A stretch of 64,000 nt of DNA from a candidate division WS2 bacterium ADurb.Bin280 (GCA_002071685.1 MWBO01000008.1:333-64332), one strand, 5' to 3'. Numbered from the stretch's first letter, positions 19,012 to 29,631 are shown. The notes: generated from the sequence alone by a model not told the origin. A program made the numbers and translations.

Positions 19012-19031
19012 AAGCGGCTAAAAGGCCGCTT
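19012..19031 (+). promoter_or_regulatory. leader hairpin (AAGCGGC-TAAAAG-GCCGCTT) between the promoter and nusA
   Basis: 7-bp GC-rich stem 10 nt downstream of the -10. Its position resembles the nusA autoregulatory leader structures of other bacteria. Confidence 0.4.
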
Positions 19032-19091
19032 AAATTATTAAAAAAACTTAACTTTAAAACTAGTTACAGTTAATTAACGCTCGGAGGAAAA

Positions 19092-20204
19092 ATGCAAATT
19101 GGAGAATTTTTGTCAGCAATCAAGATGCTTGCGGAAGAAAAAGGACTAGAGGAGAGCGTGGTAATGGAGGCGGTCGAGTCCGCATTGGGAGCCGCATACA
19201 GAAAAGACTATGGCAAAAGCGGACAAATAATAAAAGCAAAGATTGATACAGCCAAAAACACTCTCAAGATTTGGAGAGTATATAATGTTATTGACGAAAA
19301 CGAGCAAGAGAGCATCAACGAAGAGGCCGACCTAACGGTCGAGCAAGCAAAAAAAATCAAGAAGGATGCCAAGGTTGGCGACGAAATCGAGGTAGAGCTT
19401 GAGAGCAAGCAGGATTTTGGTAGAGTTGCCGCTCAAACAGCAAAGCAGGTCATAATACAAAAACTCCGAGAGGCCGAAAGAGACGTTCTTTACCGTGAAT
19501 TTAAAACAAAAGAAAATAAAATCATCAATAGTAGCGTTCAAAGACTAGAAGGCCAGAACGTTATAATAGATTTGAACAAAATAAACGGCATGATGCTTCC
19601 CAACGATCAAATACCCGGCGAAAGATATTACACCGGGCAAAGATTGAAGGTTTGGGTAAGCGAAGTAGAAGAGTCAAATAGAGGACCGAGAATTCTGGTA
19701 TCAAGAAGCAGAAGCGAATTTATTTTGGGTCTTTTTGCACAAGAAGTGCCGGAAATTGAGTCTGGTTCTATTGAAATTGCAGGAATCTCCAGAGAGGCCG
19801 GCTCCAGAACAAAAATTGCTGTTAAATCAAATGATGAGAACCTAGATCCAGTCGGATCGGTTGTCGGACAAAGAGGAACCAGAGTTCAAGCAGTTTTGAG
19901 CGAAATACCAAATGAAAAGATTGACATCATACTGTATGATGAAGATCCGGAGGTTTATATCACAAACGCCTTATCACCTGCGAAAATCCAAAAGATAAAG
20001 TTCAACAAAAAAGAAAAAATAGCTAAGATCTGGGTTGACGACGACCAACTTTCTTTGGCGATCGGACGCGGAGGGCAAAACGTTAGATTGGCGAGCAAGC
20101 TTACCGGTTGGACACTGGACATAGTCAAAGATGAAAAAAAAGATGATCAAAAAACTAAAACCGACGATGAAATAACGGGAGAAGAAGCGGACCAAAATGA
20201 ATGA
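19092..20204 (+). CDS. nusA: transcription termination/antitermination factor NusA
   Basis: N-terminal domain plus S1 and two KH regions (GSRTKIAVKS...GQRGTRVQ, IGRGGQNVRLA). Confidence 0.9.
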   Translation: MQIGEFLSAIKMLAEEKGLEESVVMEAVESALGAAYRKDYGKSGQIIKAKIDTAKNTLKIWRVYNVIDENEQESINEEADLTVEQAKKIKKDAKVGDEIEVELESKQDFGRVAAQTAKQVIIQKLREAERDVLYREFKTKENKIINSSVQRLEGQNVIIDLNKINGMMLPNDQIPGERYYTGQRLKVWVSEVEESNRGPRILVSRSRSEFILGLFAQEVPEIESGSIEIAGISREAGSRTKIAVKSNDENLDPVGSVVGQRGTRVQAVLSEIPNEKIDIILYDEDPEVYITNALSPAKIQKIKFNKKEKIAKIWVDDDQLSLAIGRGGQNVRLASKLTGWTLDIVKDEKKDDQKTKTDDEITGEEADQNE

Positions 20205-22719
20205 AAACGTTTTTGGTAAATTAACTAAAAATGCAAAAACTATTTTACTTCAGGCGGAAAAGTTATCAGAAGAAAGAGGAGAGGCACTCAATAGCACGCA
20301 CATCCTGCAAAGTATAACAAGACTCAAAGGAACTCTGGCAAAAGACATTTTACAGGAATACACCATCACCTCTGAAGAAATAGAAATTATTACTAGTGTC
20401 GAAACAAAACACCGAGGAAGATTTGGGCAACAGGTTTCAGACGACGCCAAAAAAGTCATCATAGATTCCTTCAAGCTAGCCGCTCAATTCAAGCACTACA
20501 ATGTTGATGCAGAGCATATTTTGCTGTCCATTGTCTCAAGTGAAAGTTGCTTTGCTTATAATCTGATAAATAGAATCGGCGTTGATCCACAAATTATCAA
20601 GAAACAGCTTCAAAGCATATTCAAGGATCTTTTTGAAATGGATAAGTTGATAAAGGATCAGGCAGTCGAAAGATTTAACGACTCTTCCGGACAAAATGTG
20701 TTTGAAGGTGACGAAGATCCGCTCTTGGGGACGCAGAGCCAACCGCTTGGTGGCTTAAGAACAATTAGTCCAAACGAAAAATTTTTCGAGGATGCTTCAA
20801 TTGACCTTATAAAAAAGGCCAAAAAAGGCGAAATTGATCTTGTTTACGGAAGAGAGGAGGAGATTTCTCGGTGCATTCGCATCCTCATGAGAAGAACAAA
20901 AAATAATCCGATTTTTATCGGCGAAAGCGGAGTAGGCAAGACCGCTATAGTTGAAGGATTGGCGCACAAGATCGCCAGCGGTAAAGTACCGAGCGCACTT
21001 TTAAATAAAAAAATAATCTCCCTAGACATGGGCGTTTTGATCGCCGGCACTATTTATCGCGGGCAATTTGAAGAGAGACTAAAAAAAGTTTTATCTCATG
21101 TCAAAAATAACAAAGACATAATAATATTCATCGACGAAGTACATTCGATTGTCGGCACCGGTTCGGCCGAAGGCTCAATGGACGCGGCAAATATACTCAA
21201 GCCTGCTTTGGCCAAGGGTGAGATTCGCTTGATCGGAGCAACTACAACCGAAGAGTATCGAAAATTTATAGAAAAAGATCCGGCACTTGAAAGAAGGCTA
21301 CAGCCAATTATGGTGAAGGAGCCGGAAGAGTCAGAGACAATAAACATATTGAAAGAAATCAGGCCTCTTTATGAAAAACATCACGCAGTCAAAATATCTG
21401 ACGAAGCTATTGTCGCAAGCGTCGAGCTTTCTCAAAAATATTTAAAAGACAGATTTTTGCCAGACAAAGCGATTGACCTAATCGATGAAGCAGCAGCCGA
21501 GAAAAAGATAAATTTTTCTCTCGACCAAGAATCTCTCAAACTTGAAAAACTCAAATCTCAAATCAGTCAACTAGAAAATCAAAAAGAGGAATTGATCATT
21601 CAAGAAAAATTTGAAATGGCTGCAAAAATCAAAGAAAAAGAGCTTCAACTAAAGAAAAAGCAAGATGAACTATCGAGCAAAAGTCTTAAAAAAGAACCGA
21701 AGATTATTGTCGAGCGAGAAGACATCGCAAAAATCGTTTCGCAAATAACCGGAGTGCCTCTGGGAAATCTTAAATCGGTTGAGGCCCGAAGGTACAAGAG
21801 AATAGAAGAGGTGATAAAGAAAAACATTGCCGGACAGGAAGAGGCAATAAGGGAGCTTTCGCGGGTAATCAGGAGAAATCGCTCAGGAATAAGAGAGCAG
21901 AATAAACCGATCGGTTCATTTATTTTCCTAGGCCCGAGCGGAGTAGGAAAGACCGAAGTTGCGAAAGTTCTGTCAGAAAAATTTTATCTTGATAAAAAGG
22001 CCCTGATCAGATTTGACATGAGCGAATTTTCCGAAAGGCATAACGTTGCACAGTTGACAGGCGCGCCTCCGGGGTACGTCGGTTACGAAGACGCGGGAAA
22101 ATTAACAGAAAGAGTGAGACGCAATCCGTACTCAATTCTATTATTTGACGAAATTGAAAAGGCCCATGCCGAGGTCTTTAATGTTTTGCTTCAAATATTA
22201 GACGAGGGAACCCTAACAGATGCTAGAGGAAAAACCACAGATTTCAAAAACACAATCATCATCATGACTTCAAATATTGGCCTTGATGAATATGCAAGTA
22301 TTAAAAAAATCGGCTTCAAAACAGACGAAGAGCAGAAATATAAACAGATCAAAGAGCTTTTAAGCAAAAGGGTGGGTGAGTTCTTGAGGCCAGAATTAAT
22401 AAACAGAATTGATAAAATTATTGTTTTTGACACTCTTGGCAAAAACGATTTGGAAAAAATTGCTTTGTTGAATATTGAAAAGCTTCAAAAACGCCTTCTT
22501 GATATGGAGATAGAGGCCTCATTTAGCAAAGAATTAATCAAAGAAATCCTTGAAATAAATTTTGATCCGATGTTTGGAGCGAGACCGCTTGTCAGAGAGA
22601 TCAGCGAAAAAATAGAATCTCAAATAAGTGATTTAATAATCTCCGGAGACGTTTCAAAAGGAGATAAAGTGGAATTTACTATTAACAAAGATGGAAAACT
22701 ACAGCATCGAAAAGCTTAA
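20197..22719 (+). CDS. Clp/Hsp100 AAA+ chaperone (ClpC/ClpB family)
   Basis: Two Walker A motifs ([18 protein letters not shown]), a coiled-coil middle domain and an N-terminal Clp_N repeat; length 840 aa. Confidence 0.85.
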   Translation: MNENVFGKLTKNAKTILLQAEKLSEERGEALNSTHILQSITRLKGTLAKDILQEYTITSEEIEIITSVETKHRGRFGQQVSDDAKKVIIDSFKLAAQFKHYNVDAEHILLSIVSSESCFAYNLINRIGVDPQIIKKQLQSIFKDLFEMDKLIKDQAVERFNDSSGQNVFEGDEDPLLGTQSQPLGGLRTISPNEKFFEDASIDLIKKAKKGEIDLVYGREEEISRCIRILMRRTKNNPIFIGESGVGKTAIVEGLAHKIASGKVPSALLNKKIISLDMGVLIAGTIYRGQFEERLKKVLSHVKNNKDIIIFIDEVHSIVGTGSAEGSMDAANILKPALAKGEIRLIGATTTEEYRKFIEKDPALERRLQPIMVKEPEESETINILKEIRPLYEKHHAVKISDEAIVASVELSQKYLKDRFLPDKAIDLIDEAAAEKKINFSLDQESLKLEKLKSQISQLENQKEELIIQEKFEMAAKIKEKELQLKKKQDELSSKSLKKEPKIIVEREDIAKIVSQITGVPLGNLKSVEARRYKRIEEVIKKNIAGQEEAIRELSRVIRRNRSGIREQNKPIGSFIFLGPSGVGKTEVAKVLSEKFYLDKKALIRFDMSEFSERHNVAQLTGAPPGYVGYEDAGKLTERVRRNPYSILLFDEIEKAHAEVFNVLLQILDEGTLTDARGKTTDFKNTIIIMTSNIGLDEYASIKKIGFKTDEEQKYKQIKELLSKRVGEFLRPELINRIDKIIVFDTLGKNDLEKIALLNIEKLQKRLLDMEIEASFSKELIKEILEINFDPMFGARPLVREISEKIESQISDLIISGDVSKGDKVEFTINKDGKLQHRKA

Positions 22720-24175
22720 AAAGACCTTGCTTGATGGAGCCGGCACCTACCTTTCTACACAAGAGGTTAAGAAAATATCAAAAGCCATCTCGATAGCTCT
22801 TGATGCGCACAAAGGCCAAAAAAGAAATTCCGGAGACGACTTCATCGTCCACCCCTTAAGCGTAGCCATCATTTTACTTGAACTCAAAGTTGACGCAGAC
22901 ACTCTGATTGCGGCGGTTCTTCATGACACCATCGAAGATACGGAATATAAAATAAACGAAATAAAAAAAGTCTTTAACGCCGATGTGGCAAAACTTGTAG
23001 AAAGCGTGACAAAGCTTTCAAATGTACGAATAAAAAAGACGTGGTTTCCGTTTTGGAAAGTAAAAAAGGAAGAGATTCCGGAATTTGAAAGACAAATGGA
23101 GACGCTAAGAAAAATGCTGGTGGCAATGTCGAAAGACATTAGAGTAATCATTATCAAGCTTGCCGATAAAATACATAATCTTAGAACATTAAAATATCTG
23201 GATAAAGAAAAGCGCGAGAGAATTGCCAGTGAAACTATCGAAATATTTGCTCCTATTGCCGGACGACTTGGTATTGGGAAATGGAAAGGAAATCTCGAAG
23301 ATTTAGCTTTTGTTCATCTGTATCCGCATGAATATGAAAAATTAAGAGAGATGGCTATTCCCAAAATAAAAGATCGAGAGAAGATACTGGCAAAACTATC
23401 AAAAGAAGTTGAACAGATGCTCGCCGATGGATCGATAGAAGCGCAGGTCGATTACAGAGCTAAGAGATGGTACAGTCTGTACAAAAAATTGGAGAAGTAT
23501 GACGGAGATCTTGATAAAATACATGACCTAATTGCGATCAGAGTCATCGTCAAGAACTTAGAAGATTGCTATGGAGCTTTGGGGATAATTCATGGAAAAT
23601 GGAAACCCTTAATCGGTAGAATCAAAGACTACATAGCCCTGCCAAAGCCAAACGGCTACCAATCTCTGCACACGACTGTATTTACAAATGCAGGTGAAAT
23701 TGTCGAAATTCAGATCAGAACCGAAAGTATGCACGAACAAGCAGAATTCGGTATTGCATCTCACTGGATATATTCGCAAGACAGAAGATCAAAAAAGCCA
23801 AACAGAAAAGAAGTAGACTGGCTAAAAGAATTTTCCAAATTTCAGAAAAGCATCACCAATCCAGCAGAATTTTTTAAAGTTCTCAAAATGGACCTTTTTG
23901 AAAACAGAATATTTGTTTTCACGCCGGACGGAGACGTTAAGGATTTACCAAGTGGCGCTACAGCAATAGATTTTGCCTACAGCGTTCACACACAAGTCGG
24001 CAATCACTGCTTTGGGGCAAAAGTAAACAACAAAATTACTTCCTTTGACAAGCCGCTTTCCAACGGCGACATTGTGGAAATAATAACTGCCAAAAAAACA
24101 ACCCCGAATAAAGACTGGCTAAATTTCTGCAAAACTCAAGCGGCTCGCAATAACATAAGAAAATTTACCAGATAA
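22691..24175 (+). CDS. rel: bifunctional (p)ppGpp synthetase/hydrolase Rel/SpoT (short form, no ACT domain)
   Basis: HD hydrolase motif HDTIEDT, synthetase motif GRIKDYIALPKPNGYQSLHTTV, and a TGS domain (IFVFTPDGDV). Confidence 0.85.
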   Translation: MENYSIEKLKKTLLDGAGTYLSTQEVKKISKAISIALDAHKGQKRNSGDDFIVHPLSVAIILLELKVDADTLIAAVLHDTIEDTEYKINEIKKVFNADVAKLVESVTKLSNVRIKKTWFPFWKVKKEEIPEFERQMETLRKMLVAMSKDIRVIIIKLADKIHNLRTLKYLDKEKRERIASETIEIFAPIAGRLGIGKWKGNLEDLAFVHLYPHEYEKLREMAIPKIKDREKILAKLSKEVEQMLADGSIEAQVDYRAKRWYSLYKKLEKYDGDLDKIHDLIAIRVIVKNLEDCYGALGIIHGKWKPLIGRIKDYIALPKPNGYQSLHTTVFTNAGEIVEIQIRTESMHEQAEFGIASHWIYSQDRRSKKPNRKEVDWLKEFSKFQKSITNPAEFFKVLKMDLFENRIFVFTPDGDVKDLPSGATAIDFAYSVHTQVGNHCFGAKVNNKITSFDKPLSNGDIVEIITAKKTTPNKDWLNFCKTQAARNNIRKFTR

Positions 24176-24249
24176 ACTATCGTTTCTCTTAAATGTTTCG
24201 CAAAATAGCAAGTATTTTAATCTAATTAAATATCTGCTATCTTTTAACC

Positions 24250-25209
24250 ATGATTCAAAGACCAAGAGGAACAGTCGATTTTATCGACGAACAATTTAAA
24301 CAAAAACAAGATCTAGAAAGAAGATTTAGTGATTTTTTTTACAAAAAAAATTACATCGGAATTGAAACACCGCTTTTTGAAAGCAAAGATTTATTTGTGA
24401 GAACTGTTGGCGACCAAACAGATATTGTGCAAAAAGAACTTTTTGAGCTTGAGCAAAAATCTGATACAAAATATGCTTTGCGCCCGGAAATAACCGCAAG
24501 TATAATCAGGGCCTTGGCTGAAAGCGGCTCGCTCAAAACAAAGCCCAAGCCAATAAATGTTTTTAGTTACGGGCCGTGCTTCAGATATGAAAAACCCCAA
24601 AAAGGCCGAAGAAGACAATTCAATCAACTTGACCTTGAATCAATAGGAAGAAGTGACGCTTCTTCTGATGAGGAGTTCATCGTCAATGTAGTTGAATTTA
24701 TAGAGCTTATTTCTCCAAAAAAAATTTTGTTGTCTATTAGTACCTTTGGTAGTGAGGAGAGGAAGGCCGAGTACGCTAAAGATCTGACGAAATACTTCGC
24801 AGACAAAAAGGATTCTTTGTGCGAACTTTGCCAAAAACGAATTGACAAAAATCCTTTCCGTGTCCTTGATTGCAAAAATCCCGACTGTAAAACGATCTGT
24901 CAAGATGCTCCGGAAATATCGCTAAATCAAGAGGAGAGAGAAAGGTTTCAAAACACGGTAAGCAATATTGAACAGAGAATATCGCCCAAGGGTCAAACCT
25001 CGATTAAAATCGACAAAACAATGGTTAGGGGACTCGATTATTACACTGGAATTGTTTTTGAATTTTCCCTAGTAGATGACGAAACGAGGTCGGGTTCGAT
25101 CGGAGGAGGCGGTCGTTATGACAATCTGGTTGGCGAATTGTCCTCAATAAATTTGCCAGCGATTGGCGTCGGTCTAGGCGTAGAGAGAATAATTGACGCC
25201 ATTGAATAA
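24250..25209 (+). CDS. histidyl-tRNA synthetase-like class II catalytic core without an anticodon-binding domain
   Basis: RGTVDF, ALRPEITAS (motif 2) and GGGGRYD (motif 3). Ends right after GVERIIDAIE. Contains an inserted CxxC...CxxC knuckle (CELCQKRIDKNPFRVLDCKNPDCKTIC). Confidence 0.6.
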   Translation: MIQRPRGTVDFIDEQFKQKQDLERRFSDFFYKKNYIGIETPLFESKDLFVRTVGDQTDIVQKELFELEQKSDTKYALRPEITASIIRALAESGSLKTKPKPINVFSYGPCFRYEKPQKGRRRQFNQLDLESIGRSDASSDEEFIVNVVEFIELISPKKILLSISTFGSEERKAEYAKDLTKYFADKKDSLCELCQKRIDKNPFRVLDCKNPDCKTICQDAPEISLNQEERERFQNTVSNIEQRISPKGQTSIKIDKTMVRGLDYYTGIVFEFSLVDDETRSGSIGGGGRYDNLVGELSSINLPAIGVGLGVERIIDAIE

Positions 25210-25251
25210 AGCTTGACACGTTCGGTTTTTGTTTGGTATCCTAGTATTGAC

Positions 25252-25857
25252 ATGAAAAAACAACTACCACTAACCAAGAGACAATCCGAGATACTCTCTT
25301 TTATAAGAGCATTCATTGAGGAAAACGAATACTCTCCAAGCTATAGAGAAATCGCCAAGGCCCTGGAACTCTCATCGGTCGCGACTGTAGCAGAATATAT
25401 ATCTATTCTCAATCAAAAGGGATACCTGAACAAAGAAGGATCTGGAGCCAGATCGCTCCAACTAACTCCCTCATGGGATGAAAGAGTATTTGAAATACCT
25501 CTAATGGGATTGATAGCCGCGGGAAGACCAATTGAAGCTATCAGAACCAACGAAACTATTGAAATACCCAGAGACATGGTCGGTCACAATGTTTTTGCTC
25601 TCAAGGTTCACGGCGACTCGATGATAGACGACGGAATACTCGATGGCGATTATGTAATAATAGAAAAGACCAGCAATCCAAAAAATGGTGACATCGTCGT
25701 GGCACTAATAGATCAAGATAACGTGACACTAAAAAGATTTTACCGCGAAAAATCAAGAATCAGACTTCAACCGGCAAACAAAAACTACAAGCCCATTTAT
25801 ACTAAAAAAGCGATTGTCCAAGGCAGGTTAAAAGGAGTGATAAGAAAATTTGACTAA
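25252..25857 (+). CDS. lexA: LexA repressor
   Basis: N-terminal HTH, Ala-Gly cleavage region (LIAAGRP), and the S24 catalytic motifs HGDSM and VTLKRF. ATG at 25252 is preferred over the upstream TTG. Confidence 0.85.
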   Translation: MKKQLPLTKRQSEILSFIRAFIEENEYSPSYREIAKALELSSVATVAEYISILNQKGYLNKEGSGARSLQLTPSWDERVFEIPLMGLIAAGRPIEAIRTNETIEIPRDMVGHNVFALKVHGDSMIDDGILDGDYVIIEKTSNPKNGDIVVALIDQDNVTLKRFYREKSRIRLQPANKNYKPIYTKKAIVQGRLKGVIRKFD

Positions 25858-25934
25858 GTCAGTGCCTGCACTATTGGCGTACGCAGTGATATTCTTGCTA
25901 TAATTAAATTGCTTAAATAAAATAAGGAGCAAAA

Positions 25935-26555
25935 ATGCCAAGGCCAATGGACATAATAGATCCCAAAAAAGACCTAGATAAAATTGAAGACAGCGAGTCG
26001 CCAAACGACAAAAATGATAAAAATGAAGAGGTTTTTGAAATAGAGCAGGCAAAAAGCGGGGGAACTTTTTATTTAGTTCTTGGAATTATTGCTCTTGTTG
26101 TCGCTACGGCTTTTGCTCTTTATATCTTGTATAGCGACAAAAGTTCGGACAGTTCAACTACCCAAGAACAAGTCGCAGTCGCGAGTCAGACGCCCGAAGC
26201 AGATGAAGAGCAAACCCTGGAGCCAGCCAAGACAACAACAATCACCGAAACCGCAACCGCGGTTGCCTCGACAGCCAACTTCGGTTCTTCTTCGGTCAGA
26301 GTAGCTAACGGCAACGGTGTGGAAGGCGAGGGCGCAAAAATTAAAACAATTCTTGAGGAAGCAGGTTTTTCAATCACATCAGTAGGTAACGCAAGCAAGA
26401 CTTATGATAGTTCGATAATCTTTTTCAAATCGGGGAAAGAGGATTTGGCCGACGCACTCAAAGAGGCAATCAAAGACAATTACCAAGCTTCGACAAAAGA
26501 ATCTGACGAAACGGTCGGAACATATGATGCCGTTGTTGTATTGGGCAAAGAGTAA
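25935..26555 (+). CDS. membrane-anchored protein with a LytR_C-like C-terminal domain
   Basis: TM helix, a Thr/Glu-rich linker, then VRVANGNGVEGEGAKIKTILEEAGFSI. Confidence 0.4.
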   Translation: MPRPMDIIDPKKDLDKIEDSESPNDKNDKNEEVFEIEQAKSGGTFYLVLGIIALVVATAFALYILYSDKSSDSSTTQEQVAVASQTPEADEEQTLEPAKTTTITETATAVASTANFGSSSVRVANGNGVEGEGAKIKTILEEAGFSITSVGNASKTYDSSIIFFKSGKEDLADALKEAIKDNYQASTKESDETVGTYDAVVVLGKE

Positions 26556-27159
26556 TCTCTTCATTAGCGCCCCCCTTCTTCTATTGCTTTTTGTATTTCT
26601 TCGAGAACTTCTCCTTAGAAGTACAAGGGGAAACAAAGCGTTGTTTAACGTTTTACTTTTCCCCGGTGTAGTTGTTCACGAACTGTCCCACGCCGGCGCC
26701 TGCCTTTTGCTTGGGGCAAAAATTGTTGACATAGATCTATTCACATATGGGGGTGGGAAAGTCGTTTATCGCTTTAAAAGGGGCCATTTGTATAAGAACT
26801 TTTTCATTTCGAGCGCTCCACTAATAATTGGAATTTTAATTTTATATCTTATAGCGTCCAGTTTTCTCGGACCTTTCGCTCAAGAAAAAAACTTAGCACT
26901 GATTGCTCTTTTGTTTTATTTTGCTTTATCTTTGACTATTACAATGATGCCAAGCGCACAAGATTTCAAGAATTCTTATCTTGCCTATATTTTATTGTTT
27001 GTCATAATATTTTTTGCCTCCTACTTATTCAGAGAAAAATTGATATATGCCGATAAGGTAATAACTTTTTTACTTCTTGCAAATGCAGTTATAGTGACAG
27101 CTTTGATAATTTCATTTTTTTACAGACTGGTAAGATCTCTGGTAATATTTAAAAAATGA
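26524..27159 (+). CDS. polytopic membrane protein with an HExxH motif (putative zinc metalloprotease)
   Basis: VVVHELSHAG within a TM region; 5-6 predicted TM helices. Confidence 0.4.
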   Translation: MMPLLYWAKSNLFISAPLLLLLFVFLRELLLRSTRGNKALFNVLLFPGVVVHELSHAGACLLLGAKIVDIDLFTYGGGKVVYRFKRGHLYKNFFISSAPLIIGILILYLIASSFLGPFAQEKNLALIALLFYFALSLTITMMPSAQDFKNSYLAYILLFVIIFFASYLFREKLIYADKVITFLLLANAVIVTALIISFFYRLVRSLVIFKK

Positions 27160-27182
27160 GTTAAAAAATATATAATTCATCT

Positions 27183-27587
27183 ATGGATATGGAAGTTACT
27201 AATTTTAAAAAAGGCGACGAAGCGATATCTCAAATAACCCAAAAATTATCCGCCGATAAAAAAAGTGGTGTATTCTGGGGAATTGGCGCTTTCACTGAAG
27301 CGACGATAAAGGTCTATGATTTAGGCAACAAAAAATATAAAGAAAAAAATCTTTCCGGAAATTTAGAGGTCGCAAGTATGACGGGAATCCTGTCATACAT
27401 AGACGGTGAACCAACCATTCATGTTCACGTTTGTTTATGCGATGAAAACTTTTCAACTTATGCAGGTCATCTAGAAAAAGCAATTGTCGGAGCTACGCTT
27501 GAAGTGGGATTTTGTCAAAGTAAAGACTTAAACAGAGAATTCAATAATGAAATTGGTTTGAATTTGCTTAAAATAAAGGAGGATTAG
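27183..27587 (+). CDS. hypothetical protein, PPC/DUF296-like
   Basis: GNLEVASMTGIL...GEPTIHVHVCLCD...AGHLEKAIVGATLEV resembles PPC-domain proteins. Confidence 0.35.
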   Translation: MDMEVTNFKKGDEAISQITQKLSADKKSGVFWGIGAFTEATIKVYDLGNKKYKEKNLSGNLEVASMTGILSYIDGEPTIHVHVCLCDENFSTYAGHLEKAIVGATLEVGFCQSKDLNREFNNEIGLNLLKIKED

Positions 27588-28684
27588 TGGCAGACTACAT
27601 AGACCCAAGAGAGGTAAAGGCCTCAAAACAAAAGAAACTTAAAACTGCGGCGATCATAACTTTGGTAGTTGCCATATTTATAATTGGTGGCGCGCTAGCG
27701 GCGACAAGGTTTAATAAAAACGATGCTAAAATTCCGGGAAAAGAAGCGGTCCAAAGTACTACAAAAACACCTGAACTACAGATTTGTCAGCTGGACGGAA
27801 TGTCATATTCCCCAGACAAGGCCAATCGCCATCCTTTGGCGGTGATTGTCGAGAACCATCCGGATGCCAGACCGCAGTCAGGCCTTGCAGACGCCAGTAT
27901 AGTTTACGAGGCGATTACGGAAGGCGGAATTACTCGTTTTATGGCAATATTTGGGCCAACAGACGCCAAAGAGATCGGACCAATTAGAAGCGCAAGATTG
28001 TTCTTTATGGACTTCTTGAAAGAGTATGATGCCTTTTTTGCTCATGCGGGCGGAAACGAAGACGCGTTGGCAAATATCGGTAATTATGGCATCAAAGACC
28101 TAAACCACTCCAGTAAATACTTCCAAAGAGATTACAAGGGGAGAAGCGTGGCTAGCGAGCACACACTGTATTCATCCACAGATCAGCTATACGAATACGC
28201 AAAGAGTAAAAATTACAATATCGACAGCGGCTCCTATCAAACACTGAAATTTAAAGCTGACACTCCCGTTTCCGAAGGAGGAAAGGGGATAGAGATAAAC
28301 TTTTCAGGTTCACAAACTTATGCTGTCAAATGGACATACAACCAGTCCACCAACAATTACTCAAGATTCATGGCCGCAGTTGAGCACAAAGATAGAAACA
28401 CGGGTGCTCAAATAACCGCAAAAAATATTATCATTCAAGAAGTTTCAAGAACTCTTCAGCCCCACGGAAGTTATGGGAGCGAGAACTGGGTCTTTGATAC
28501 CATCGGAAGTGGAAACGCCAAGGTTCTAAGAGATGGACAAATTATCGAGGCAACGTGGAAAAAGGCCGACCGGACGAGTAGAACTAAATTTTTCGATGCA
28601 AACGGCACAGAGATTCAATTCAACCCCGGAAATACTTGGTATGAGATTGCCGCCAAGGGAACAACGAAGACTACAGAGATTTAG
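27587..28684 (+). CDS. membrane-anchored exported hypothetical protein
   Basis: GTG start, an N-terminal TM anchor and a large extracytoplasmic domain. No firm family assignment. Confidence 0.45.
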   Translation: MADYIDPREVKASKQKKLKTAAIITLVVAIFIIGGALAATRFNKNDAKIPGKEAVQSTTKTPELQICQLDGMSYSPDKANRHPLAVIVENHPDARPQSGLADASIVYEAITEGGITRFMAIFGPTDAKEIGPIRSARLFFMDFLKEYDAFFAHAGGNEDALANIGNYGIKDLNHSSKYFQRDYKGRSVASEHTLYSSTDQLYEYAKSKNYNIDSGSYQTLKFKADTPVSEGGKGIEINFSGSQTYAVKWTYNQSTNNYSRFMAAVEHKDRNTGAQITAKNIIIQEVSRTLQPHGSYGSENWVFDTIGSGNAKVLRDGQIIEATWKKADRTSRTKFFDANGTEIQFNPGNTWYEIAAKGTTKTTEI

Positions 28685-29307
28685 ATACTGTTCATAACAC
28701 TCTTGACCTTATTAACATAGGCCATTGAGTGATTGTAATTAAACAGTGCTTTATCGATATCTCCGTTTGAAGCACCGCTTCTCGCGAGAAGGTTTGCAGC
28801 AGCAAAAACACTGTCACGTAAATCACAAATATTAGCACCGCTTTCAGCATATGCTCTAAAAGTTGAAGGCATGAATTGCATCGGCCCTGTGGCGCCCGCA
28901 TAAGACTTCTTACATTGAGCCGATTTACCAGTTTCTACTTGGTGAACCGCTTCAATCAGCTTCCAGTCAATAGAATACCTGGAAGCGGCTTCTTGGTATA
29001 GAGCTCTTAACGAACCCAAATCGGTGGAATAATTTTTGGCAACTTGAAGAACCTGCTTTTGCGCATTTAATCTGGCAACAGCTTCTCTTTTTTCTCTTTC
29101 GGACTTATCGCTTGAAGACTCACCCTTAACAATCTCAATCTTTTGAGCGTTTCTCTCAAATGAAATTTTTGTGTCAAATTTTGCCTTTACCTGAGGATTA
29201 TCCCTTGTCTCAACAGGTTCAGATAAATACAAAGGAAAACCACTGAACACTACAGTCAGTAGAGCGAACAAAATTGTTTGAATGAATATTTTTCTCATTT
29301 TAAACAA
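28681..29307 (-). CDS. lytic transglycosylase (SLT domain)
   Basis: AGATGPMQFMPSTF catalytic-region motif and a signal peptide. TTG start at 29307 lies 5 nt after GGGAAG. Confidence 0.7.
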   Translation of the reverse strand: MFKMRKIFIQTILFALLTVVFSGFPLYLSEPVETRDNPQVKAKFDTKISFERNAQKIEIVKGESSSDKSEREKREAVARLNAQKQVLQVAKNYSTDLGSLRALYQEAASRYSIDWKLIEAVHQVETGKSAQCKKSYAGATGPMQFMPSTFRAYAESGANICDLRDSVFAAANLLARSGASNGDIDKALFNYNHSMAYVNKVKSVMNSI

Positions 29308-29451
29308 AAATCTTCCCTTTTTTGGGAAGAAATATGATTATAGCACAAAATTGTCAATTTGTCAAGATGGCAGCCTCTTTTGGCCATTTTGGTTGATATT
29401 TGAGCGAATTTGTAGTAAGATAAATCAAGTAATAGAAAGGGGTGAGTTAAT

Positions 29452-29631
29452 TTGAGAAAGTCGGAAAATCCCGAAGTTGTCATACGAAGGTTTCTGCGCG
29501 AAGTCCAATTGAGCGGAGTACTGACAGAAGCCAAAAGGAGAAGATACCGTGAAAAAGAGCCCTCAAGAAGAGATAGAAGGGAATCAGCGGAAAGAAAGGC
29601 AAAAAGAAATGAAAGCAAAAGGGGCTGGTAA
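29452..29631 (+). CDS. rpsU: 30S ribosomal protein bS21
   Basis: Not in the ORF track. TTG start after SD AAAGGGGTGAG. Translation MRKSENPEVVIRRFLREVQLSGVLTEAKRRRYREKEPSRRDRRESAERKAKRNESKRGW fits the bS21 pattern. The next gene is yqeY, as in Firmicutes. Confidence 0.75.
   Translation: MRKSENPEVVIRRFLREVQLSGVLTEAKRRRYREKEPSRRDRRESAERKAKRNESKRGW

Noticed and set aside
25213-25251. Duplicated TTGACA hexamers upstream of lexA as a LexA operator
   Set aside because: No GAAC-N4-GTTC or CTGT-N8-ACAG palindrome is present. The hexamers are more likely -35 elements, and the operator motif for this lineage is unknown.
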